Shown here: piece after piece, positions 1 to 29,559 of the stretch
Layout of the letters: each line of letters opens with the position of its first letter
How positions within the stretch are numbered: the stretch's first letter is position 1
From: Callorhinchus milii
Taxonomy: Eukaryota
NCBI RefSeq assembly: GCF_018977255.1
Contig: NW_024705510.1
Location: 1-38,245, forward strand
Direction of reading: 5' to 3'
DNA: 38,245 nt
The notes under the pieces: model-generated
Databases searched by the model: none
The model's input: only the letters and a program-made list of their open reading frames with translations
Told to the model about the DNA's origin: nothing
Program-made: the position numbers and the translations under genes

Positions 1-174
1 CCTCCGCTGGGCCCTGCCACGCAGTGTGTGTTTGTCACCACGGGAGCGGCGTGGGCCTGCGGGGACACGCCCAGAGCGTCCCGCCGCACCGGCCACGGCT
101 TCACCGAGTCGCCTGTTTTGTGTGCGCGGGACGGTTCGCCCACCAACGACGCCACGATTCTGGGTGTTGATTCC

Positions 175-180
175 ATTAAA
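175..180 (+). promoter_or_regulatory. Possible polyadenylation signal (ATTAAA) of a plus-strand gene ending at the window's left edge
   Basis: ATTAAA followed about 15-45 nt later by a GT/T-rich tract (tgctgtttctc...gagttttgtttc); no coding sequence recognised upstream within the window. Confidence 0.25.
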
Positions 181-1639
181 AGAATGTATTATTTCAGTGC
201 TGTTTCTCGCGTGGAGTTTTGTTTCTCCGCAACTTTTACCGACGCGCGTTACGTTGCACCCAAAGGCACGGAAGTGCGCAGAATTCGCGCGCGCGCACCC
301 ACTTCGGGCGCAATGCTGCGTTGGGATCGACGGGTGCGTCTGAACGAGAATTGTTCATCTCACCTCTCACCCCCCCCCCGCCACTGAGCAGAATCAGAAT
401 CTTAAGACTGGAAGAATCTGACGAGCTTTTTTTCCCACCACAGATGTCCAGTAAGCGGGGCGAGCCGTTAAGCCGATTGAGAGCGATCGCCCCAGCGCGT
501 CTGGCCTTAATAGGGTTTACACCACCAATCCCAGTAATAGGTTTAGTGAAGGCGTACGGAAGGTGGGCGAGCAATGAGCGAGCGCCAACCGTGGGTGGGT
601 GGGCACCGGGGCTCCGTTTCGTTTCTCACCGACGCTGCTGCTGCTGCCAAAGATTCTGCTTTTCCCATTTTTATTGCAAAACATCGCGAACACAAAAAAA
701 AGATGAACCTGCGTGACTGCCGATAATTGCCTCCGATCCTGAAACGACCGAGGGCCGTCCCCGCAATTATCTGGCGCCTACCGTTCTGATCCCGTCTCAC
801 CGGGGGAGGGGGCGGGGTAACGTAAGCCGATGTTCAACAACCCAACACCGCGTCGGTGCTTTTGGGGTTGGAGCCGAGGCGCGGCCGTGAATTGAAACCG
901 GCGGCGTGGCCGTGGCCCCGCTGCCGCAGGCTCCGCGCCGGCTGCAGCCAAGGGTGGCTTCACTTTGGCACGGAGCCGGCCGGGGGGGGGGGTGCTGAGG
1001 GCTTCCTCTATCGGGGGGGCGAGGAGGCTGCCCCTCTCGCGGGTGGGGGGTGGGGGGGACGAGTGGTTGAATGATCGGTAAGCGAGCGTGAACGACCCAA
1101 GTGAACAAATGCGTGGGTGAGCAAATGCGAGCGGGTGAATGGGCAAATGAGCAGGTGCAGTGGCAGTGGGCGAAGCGAGTGACCACACGCGTGGCTGGGT
1201 GAACGATGGGGCCGGGTTCAGTGGCCGCGAGCGGCTGCCCGGTGCTCGAGGACTCGCACCGATGGAGACGGCGACGAGGCAATGCGACGCGGGGCTCCAC
1301 GTGCCGATCAGGTCCTCCGCCATCTCCGGGTGGGAGTAGAAGCTGGTGGGGGGGGGGGGGCACAGGAGCCACCCGCTGTTGTTCGTGCGCTGCTGTCACC
1401 GCTACGCTTTCGACGACGAGGAGCGAGAGCTTCAACAACGCACGGGTCGCTCGTCCTCCACTCGACGGCCCTGTTGGGGGCCTTACACCGATGGCCTGGC
1501 CAGACCTCACCACGCTGGTTATTGCGCGTTGGTGCAAGGGGGCGAGAACCAGGACCGGTTCCAGATATCGATTGCCACTGATGTGAAACGATAATCCAGG
1601 AATCGAACAGACGTCGTCGAGTTTAAGTGCGGTGTGTAA

Positions 1640-2024
1640 GGGGCCGTCCATAAATGACGTCACGCTATTTTGGACGATTTTTGACCCCCCCCCTCGTCTC
1701 ACGGCGTCACAAAAAGTCCGACCCCCCTCTCAAATGACGTCACAAAGCTCTGCCCCCCCCCCAAAACCATATTTCCATTTTGAAAATAAAATGCTTCCAA
1801 CCGCTTTAAACTATTGTCATTGTAGTGCGTATTTAATGCGGCGCTGCACTCTGATGTTGTAGAAGTGTTGTTATAACAATTAGTGTTGTTATACCAATTC
1901 TATATTTATTTAAAGTTGCGCATTTTTATGTGACGTCACATTTCTCACCCCCCCCCCCTCGTCACACATCGTCACAAATGTCTGACCCCCCCCCAGGTGC
2001 GTGACGTCATTTATGGACGGCCGC
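1640..2024. mobile_element. PIF/Harbinger-type MITE
   Basis: 26-bp terminal inverted repeats GGGGCCGTCCATAAATGACGTCACGC / GCGTGACGTCATTTATGGACGGCCGC (1 mismatch), flanked by TAA duplication at 1637-1639 and 2025-2027; subterminal TGACGTCACA repeats; no transposase. Confidence 0.9.
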
Positions 2025-2430
2025 TAAATCACTGCGCCCGCCACTCCTTCCCGATAGTGAACCTGCCTTGCAAAGGAAATCAACAAAACATACACAGAGG
2101 TTCTAACCCCCCCCCCCGCCCCCCCCGGCATATTTTGCAAGAAGTTGACCAAATGTGCGGTGGTGACGTGCGTGGTACGAATGAATTCTCATGACCGTTG
2201 TCGACAAACAAGGTCTGCTGACCTCCTGATGGTGGATCCCTATCATCATCAGAGGCTGTGTTCGAGCAAACGACTCCAGAGGCGCTCTCCCTCCGCTCCC
2301 CACCACCACCCCCGCGTCTCCTCTCCCCGCACACCGCGGGTCGCCGGCAGTCGTCGAACCGGTTCGGAGCCGAGAACCCGGCCGGCTGCCTCGGTCTCGT
2401 CGGCGCACGCGGGCGATGAGACTCGCGGTT

Positions 2431-3199
2431 TGTAATGTATCCAGTCTCATCCTCACCCCCTCCCTCCCCCCGTGTCTCCACACGAGCGATGGCTTATACA
2501 ACAGCAACTTAATTTATTCTATAGAACACGTGGCTTGGTATACATATCACGTGACTGCCAGAAACACGTGCGCGCCTCCTCCACGGTTCAAGTTACAGAG
2601 TCCGATTTGTTTAACCACGGAGAATTGGAGCAGGAGTCTGGTGCACAAGAGGGATCCGAAGCATGCAGAGACAGACGCGGGCAGACTCCGTGTGCCGGGA
2701 TCGCCACCACATCCACACAGGACAGAATCACTGCCCAGGTGCCACGGGACACCCCCCCCGTGAGGTTACCAGAGAACGGCGCCGCTGCCCGTGACCGCGC
2801 CGTGCACCATGGAGGCGGCGCTGTTCCGCCACTTCCACGCGTTCCGGAGCGCGCAGCGCGGCGCGGGCAGGCGCTGCGCGACGCGAGCCACGGCCCAGAA
2901 CACCCCCGCGGACAGCAGCACCACCGCGGGGCCCGGGAGCGCGCCCGCCTCCATCCCCGTTCGTGCCACGGTCACCCCCCCCCCCCCCCTGCACACGGTC
3001 CGTTCCTCGGGGTCTAGGAGTCTGGACGCTACGATCCGCGTCCCCTGGGTTGAGGCGGAGTCTCGCCGGTCCCGAGCTCGAGACGAGACCACAGCCGGTT
3101 CCTCTGGTGCCCCGCTGGGGATGATCCTCGGCTCCGACTCTCCCACAACCACCACCACCCTCCTGATCCGCGTGCGCTCACGCGCGCGCTTCGCTTACA
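2431..3199 (-). mobile_element. LTR-like sequence (probable LTR remnant)
   Basis: Starts TGTAATGTA like the Gypsy LTRs in this window, ends TTACA, minus-strand AATAAA at 2513-2518; no matching TSD (ggtt vs caac), so boundaries are uncertain. Confidence 0.4.
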
Positions 3200-3279
3200 C
3201 AACACGCGGCGTCACGCCCGCGTCGCGTGGCGCTGCCACAGCGGAGACGCGACGGAGCGCGTGGAGTCGGGAGAGGCGA

Positions 3280-3420
3280 CTAGGGGAGGGGTTACCAGGG
3301 GCGTGGAGGGAATGGTGACGAAGGGCGTGGAAGGGTGACGAGGGGAGGGGTGACGAGGCGTGCAGGGGAGGATGACGTGGGGAGGGGTGACGAGGGGAAT
3401 GCAGGGAAGGATGATGAGTC
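3280..3420 (+). repeat. G-rich degenerate tandem repeat (units like GTGACGAGGGG)
   Basis: Repeated gtgacgaggg/gatgacgtggggagggg units with many G3-G4 runs. Confidence 0.6.
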
Positions 3421-5989
3421 GTGAGCATGGAATGTGGGCGGTGGGGGTGATCTGGCAGTGTGATACAGAGTGGGGTCTGTTTGGTGTTTGTGGTGAGCAA
3501 GGGGGTGGGGCTTCTTCGAGTGTGAAGATGGGGAGTGGGGCTCACGAGGGGTGGTGTGCAGGGCGTGGCGAGCGGGGAGCAGGCAGCCCTGGCGTTCAGG
3601 CCAGTGGCGAGGCACGAGGGCCTGGGGGTCGAGGGTTGGGTTCGTGCATTGCGGCGATGGGGTCCAAGCGGCGGGTCGTGAAGACCAGGTCAGGGGCAGC
3701 AGGGTCAGCGAGTCTGGGGAGCGAGCAGCAGGGTTGGTTTGGGGGGGCGCTCAAAGCGTCGCTGCTCTCTCGGCCATCAGCGCCCCCCGACTGTGCGCTC
3801 ACCTCCACTCGAGTCCATGAGCCCAACCATGCGATACATCATTACTTGTGGGTGTCACGTGAGGTGGGCATCATCACCTTCGCGAAGACAGCTTTTTGGA
3901 CGTGTGGATTGTGAAAACCGTTTGAAATGAGCGGCGGGGAGGGATTATCTTACGAACCGCAGAAATGACTTCGCTTTGCTACCTTCGGTGGTATAAATGT
4001 CTGTTTTGGCCCATGGACTCCAGAGCCATGCTGATGGATCATAAGATTGAATGGGTGGGTGTCGCCCGTTTGGGTAGAAACATTGCTTTGGGTCGAGAGA
4101 CACTGCTCGCATTTTTGAGCCGCATTTTACCCCCTTATGCACGAGGATTGGGGGTTCCTCGTTAAAATCATCTGCTGCAAAAAACTTAGCACCAAAATAT
4201 AAGGTGACCCACAGAAGCCACAGTACAGCTTACAAAACAACCACATGAGCGGAGTTACAGCGCACACCTCAAGCGTTCCTCGACGATTGGGACGAGGAAC
4301 ACGCAACTTTATCCTGCGCTCGCTTATAGTAAACGGCGCACTAACCCTGAGTTTCGTAACACCTAACACACTTAACAGACATTGGCGTGTGTGGATTTAC
4401 ATTTTAATACCGCATTCATTTTTCTGAACATCGCCATTTCTATCAATCGATACTTTTGCACACAAAAATGCAGTCTCGCGATTCCAATACTGCAGTTTCC
4501 GTTAAATTCTTATCAAAACAGACGTTGCATAGATAACACTTCTAATAACATATAATACATAAGATGTACAAGCGACCACGCCCTGCCACAGCCTCTTCAC
4601 ACAATTTAAGAAATGGAACCAAAAAAAATCACCAAGCCATTTATACAGATTTCAACTTTGTTTGCACAACATAGTTGGTATCAAGTAATGGTTCTTTCAA
4701 GCACGTAGTACAGAGAAAAGCGAGACCCAAACCAAAGCACATAGTAAGGTCCATCACGAAAAAAGTGCCTGCATTTCTTGTCACGAGGTGTATATTCATG
4801 ACTAAACTTTGAAAAATGTACAACGTGTTTTGCGGTAGAGTCCAGCAGCGAGCACATGAACTACAGCATCAAAATATTCTGAAGGTACACACACACACAC
4901 AGCTAGAGGTCACTACACGTTGTGGCGATTTCCAAAAGCACATGGTTAATGCCAATACAAAGCGGTCAGCAATGCACGGCGACTCCACTCTGTAGTAAAA
5001 CGCCCGTCGGCCTGTCAAGAAAACATTTAGAATGCCACATGGTAACCAGCCAGGATATTTACATGTTCAACCACATACAATGGATGTCGCTAAAATACTA
5101 CATTTCATGATGACAATGTTAGGCTTTTCATTTATTTATTTAACCCTAGGCTACACACAGGATTGTACAGCACATAAATCAAGGCATCACAATGTAATTG
5201 GAGACCCAAATGTTACATAATGGACAGAACTTAAGATTCTCGTTGCTAAAAAGAATATTAAATCACCAATTCTCCCTCATCCATCGCTCCAGGTATCCTG
5301 AGCTTCAGCGCTTGCGAGAAGTAGGGGAAAAACAGCGGGAGCTCTTTATCGTTTACTCTGGGGCTACGTCATGATAGCAGTGTCGTTACTAACGTCTCCT
5401 ATAAGGAACAATGGCTGAGACAACACCCTGCCACATCCAGCCAGCCTATTGGCCCTGTGCCAATGAGCCACCCATATACCCTGCTCCACATGCAACAGGA
5501 AGGATCTCTTTCCACCTTCCCTCGATTTGCCAACACTGCCCCTGGCGCCGAAAAGCGGGAGTCTCCGAGCTCGAGCTACTGCCGAACCTACACAAATTAC
5601 AACTCAACTTTTCCAATTGCTCAAGACTTAGATGGGCCCTTTGGTAAAAGTTGTAGGTCTAAAATGCACAGTGTTGCAGGGAATGAGACTGAATTTAGTC
5701 CTGTTGTACTACCCGCCATGCGTTTCCAAAACCTGTCGCCAGAGGCACTGCCCAATATTTTCAGATCATGATTCACCAAGGACCACTTGCAGGCATGGGT
5801 AAAACACTAGCAGTTACTAATTGGTCACGAGATCGTGGAACCAACATATGCAGACTATCAGGGAACTGCACTCTCTTCCCAGGTCGCATTTAACAACGGC
5901 AAGAGACCCAGCTACGAGCTACCCGCTCTCCGTTGTGTCGCTGGAATATCCAATCCCTCGACGGATCGCTTGACGGGTCAATCGCCTAT

Positions 5990-25658
<19,669 letters not shown>

Positions 25659-26832
25659 CTGTGGCCAGACCAGACAGTCAATAGATTCTGCACATTGCCA
25701 AAGGCTAGACTGCACTTGCCACTAATTAAAGCACTTTTTTAAATGCAGGTGTGTCTAGCTTAACGAGCGTTAATCCTAAAAGGATTCGCTAAACAAGCAA
25801 TTTGAACTCAGACCCATTTATTCGCAAAACAAGCAAAATGTTCGCTTATCGAGCAGACAGATGGATAAACATGCATCCCGTGGCAGCTGGCGGCGGACAG
25901 TAGCCCGCAGCTGTTTATGTTGCAACTCTGTCCTGAGTGCACGAGTGTTTGGTCGTGTAAGGGAAGAGGGTCTTGTGGTGGCACTCTTAATGGGTGGGTG
26001 GCGGGAGGGGTCATGTTACGGTTAGCGCACAGTGCTACAAACCCAGTAAACAAAGTTCGATTCCGCTCACGGCAAAGCACCAGTCACGAGTTATCTGAAC
26101 CGGCTTCAATTTGTAGTACTCGCATGAAAAAGTTGAAGGAAATTTCTCACGTTAAGAAAGTTGTTCAAGAGTGGAAACATTTGGGCTGAAACGTAGCTCT
26201 GGTTTTAACATGGGAGTCTAAGAGAAAATGATGATCGCTTCACAAGTTTTCGCTTGCCGAGCTATTTTCAAAGAAAGTATCTCGTTCATTAAAGCGAGAC
26301 ACGCCTATAATAGCAGTTTTAGCCATAGTACTGGTAACAAAAGCAGTAGCATCGTATAAATGTCAAACATGGTTAAAACTCAAAGTGATGTTCTGCTGAA
26401 ATGAGCATTGAGGCATTGCTGCTCATCTGCTGACAGCCTTGCCTAACCAGGGGTTGTAAATTCCACATCCAGATGGAGGTGGGTCTTTTCATATGAAAAC
26501 CATTCTTGACCTTCCCCACAAAGTGGTACAAAATCAATATCAGAATATTTATTTATCCTAGAGAAATCCAATGAGATAAAAGCGTTTTTCACAGATGTCC
26601 AGTAGGGGCAGGTACGTGCGTTAAAGCAAACAATACAAAAGATGGTCGTAGTGCAAAGTACAAGAAAGGTTAACAAATCACCCAAACACATCAAAATACA
26701 ACTACACTATCCGCATCTTACCAGGAAAATCCCACTGAGGTATTAACTTATTTTTAGAAGTAACCTGACTATCACAAATGATAGCTGAACAAAGTGGCTA
26801 TCATTGGGAGTTATTGTCGTCTATAGTGTATA

Positions 26833-27347
26833 TGTAGTGACATAAGAAGGGAGGGGCTGCTGGGGCTCTGGGACCCTGGGCGGGCCAGGCGCTTAAGCCT
26901 CTTGGCGCCAGGCGTTGGGTTCCCAGGCGCTTAAGCCTCTTGGCGCCAGGCGTTGGGTTCCCAGGCGCTTAAGCCCCTTGGCGCCGCCAAAGGGAGGGGC
27001 TGTGTGTGCTCTGTGGGATATCTGGGGGCGCACACGGCCCCATCCCTCGTTGGGGACTAGCATAAAAGGTGAGCTCCCTGGACGATCAGGGCCAGTTGTA
27101 GCTCAAGACCCAAGACCCACGACCAGCCATCTGAAGACCCTGGATGTTGTGAGAGCGAGTGTGGGGCTCTGGAACTCCCGACTCTACGACCTTGTGAGGG
27201 CGAGTTCCAGAGCGTAGCCAGAGTAGAGTATCTAGGCTGTGTACCTAGGCTGTAACAGAGTATCAGGAGTGTTGGAGAGTTGGAGAGTTGGAGTGTTGGA
27301 TTGTAATAAAGAATTTACCTCTACAAGTGTCTCCGGAACCCGTTACA
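26833..27347 (+). mobile_element. Solo LTR
   Basis: TGTAG...TTACA termini, TATA TSD on both sides, CATAAAA at 27061, AATAAA at 27305; related to the 37399-37999 LTR (agacccaag...ctgaagaccctgga). Confidence 0.88.
26885..26985 (+). repeat. 38-bp tandem repeat (about 2.6 copies) inside the solo LTR
   Basis: ccaggcgcttaagcctcttggcgccaggcgttgggttc at 26885, 26923 and partial at 26961. Confidence 0.95.
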
Positions 27348-27378
27348 TATAGGTGTATGCACTGATAGCAGTGGTTAG

Positions 27379-27422
27379 TGTAGTGGTTAGTACACTGCGC
27401 TAGCAGTGTACTAACCACTACA
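27379..27422. repeat. Perfect 20-bp inverted repeat with 4-nt loop
   Basis: TGTAGTGGTTAGTACACTGC-gcta-GCAGTGTACTAACCACTACA. Confidence 0.95.
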
Positions 27423-27469
27423 GCAGTGTACTAACCGGAGTTCCATTCCTGCCCATATATAATAATAGC

Positions 27470-27610
27470 AGTGAGGATTTGAACCGGTCATGGCCTTCTC
27501 TAGGTGGACTGAGCCAAAAATGAGTACCTGACATGGTGTGTAAACATCACTGGGGAAACAAACGCAACCGGGCGTAGTGTTATCCATCCAGCTCCTCACT
27601 AACAGCTAAC
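27470..27610 (+). mobile_element. tRNA-derived SINE remnant; related copy at about 35220-35405 (-)
   Basis: B-box-like ggatttgaacc followed by gactgagcc...aatgagtacctg...cactgggga...ccgggcgt; the same order occurs on the minus strand near 35240-35320. Confidence 0.5.
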
Positions 27611-27736
27611 AGCACTTGCCCCAGAAGTCTGATTCAGGCTTTAGGGGGTCTTTGTCGTGTGTGCATATATACAGTATATGTACGTATATATTTATATCTG
27701 GATCTGCTTCATGCTGTTGATGATGATCTCACCCAC

Positions 27737-27861
27737 CGCAGTTGACCCCGATGAGGAAACGGCCGATGATGAGGAGCTCGAATGAGGAGGAGACGTCGCT
27801 CACCCCCATGAGGATAGAGGCGAGGATCGCGAACGCATTGTTAGCGAGGAGACCGCACTTC
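27737..27861 (-). CDS. Class II facilitative hexose transporter exon (SLC2A5/9/11-like), TM3-TM4
   Basis: gatcag|G...G|GTGGGT; 125 bp, phase 2-1; (R)KCGLLANNAFAILASILMGVSDVSSSFELLIIGRFLIGVNC(G) matches the GLUT pattern GRK..LL.NN...SFE...GR...G. Absent from the ORF track. Confidence 0.9.
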
Positions 27862-28299
27862 CTGATCACACAAAAACAAGGATAACCCCGTGTCACCCCT
27901 CAAAAGCTGTTGGGGCAAGTGCTGTTCGCGAGCCTCTCTCATCTCTTTTTACATCCCCCCTCATGCGCTTCGTTCACAATTTTCTCCCCGCCTCTCTCTC
28001 TCTGTCCCTCCTTCTCCCTCTGCCCAATCTCGTTTTCAATCTTCCTCCCTCCTTACACCCTACCGCTGGAATAAACTTCCCCTGTACCTTATAAGCAGTC
28101 CCAATCCTTAACCTCCATCCGTTCCTCTCTTAAAGCCTCACCTCTTCTCCATTGCCCAGTCACTTCTTCTTCCCTCCCCTAGCCCTTCTACTCCATCACA
28201 TCCCTCTCCTGTAACCCTTTCGTGACCCAAAGTGCCCTCTGTTATGGTCACTCATTCCATGGCCCTTGCGCTGCCCTTACCATCTAAATTACTCTAATA

Positions 28300-28353
28300 T
28301 TGTACAGCTTTTAAACTATGTAAAGCGCCTTGAGCTAAGGCGCTCTATACATA
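28300..28353 (+). mobile_element. 3' tail of an L2-type LINE/SINE into which the Gypsy inserted
   Basis: gtaaagcgccttgagctaaggcgctctata-CATA continues as taaaataagataa after the element at 35204. Confidence 0.5.
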
Positions 28354-28950
28354 TGTAATGTAGTAACTTGGCGGGAGACGACTTCACGGGTAGCACACTC
28401 TTTATTAACACCAACTTATATTACACGGGTGGCTAACTGCAGCCTAACCCACGGGTTCCCCTGGCTACACCCTCACGGGCTCTTACGCCCCGTAGCTTCT
28501 CGGAACCCACCCGGCTGGGGTGTCCGTCTCGACTCTGGGTCCCACAGCCTCGTCCCACATGGACGTCAGACCACGGGTCCCACAGTCTCGCCTCTGAGCC
28601 ACACAGGGTCCCGGCCCTTACAAGGACAGCGGGACTAGGGGTCTCAGGGCCCTACCTCTTCAACTCCGTCTTCGATCTTCAACTGGTTATCAACTCCCCG
28701 AGTGCTCCCGCGCGTCCCCCTTTATAGTCCTCCATGCGGACGTCGCTGAGAGCACCCACCCCAGTTGACCAATCACTGCGTGCTGCCCACGATCCTATTT
28801 CCCACATTGTGTCAGCGCGCACAACCACGCACCCCGCGCCGCCCCGTGATCCATCACTGTCGGCGCGCGTCAACACCACCACTCTCGATGTAGCCACGCC
28901 CGGCGCGCTCACACACACGCCCCCCCTTGTCAGCGCGTACCGCCACTACA
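28354..28950 (-). repeat. 3' LTR (597 bp)
   Basis: TG...CA termini; minus-strand TATAAA near 28721-28726 and AATAAA near 28401-28406; preceded by a purine-rich GTGGTAGGGGGTGA tract. Confidence 0.95.
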
Positions 28951-29559
28951 TCACCCCCTACCACATAGCTCGCAGCCGACCCGGCTGCTAAAAAATTTTT
29001 TCCCCCCCCCCGTGTGTGCCCCGTAACGCAAGCAACAATCACAACAACACAACACAACACAATAAGAACTCCGCCATCCGTAAGAACAGAACAAGGCACC
29101 GTAACAACAAGAACAATATGTACAAACCGGCGAGCGACAACAATAAATGTGTATACAAAAAAATGACTCGTGCAGCGTCCCTTCATTTCCGACCGCCCCT
29201 TGAACGGGACATTATACCGGGCAGAAGGGGAACGCGGCGACGAGCTGCAATCCGGGCCCCCCCCTTTTTTTTTTTTTTCATGAAAAGTGTTGTGTCTTAG
29301 CACGAGTCCGCCTGGCCGGTCCGTCGTACGGCACCAGACGCGGTTGACCGTCCGGTGGCGCCGGCAGTCCAGGAAGGCACGGGCAGGCATCGGAGATCCG
29401 CGCGTGCCTCGGGGTTCCGGTTCACGACGGTCAGCAGCCGTCAGGTCCGAGACACCTGGGAGTGGGTCAGGCGGAGACACGTGAGGATCAGACTGCGACA
29501 CATCCCTCCCCGAGTCGACGGCCACATCACACGCTCGGTCGTTACGGCACAAAGGGAGG

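Noticed and set aside
831..1487. Possible solo LTR (TGTT...TTACA flanked by CCGA)
   Set aside because: No polyA or TATA signal and weak terminal inverted repeat; a 4-bp match can be chance.
26..3930. Many overlapping 100-300 aa ORFs on both strands
   Set aside because: Arg/Pro/Gly-rich products with no recognisable domain; expected from GC-rich repeat-derived DNA.
26885..26985. CRISPR-like repeats
   Set aside because: Head-to-tail units without spacers inside a eukaryotic LTR.
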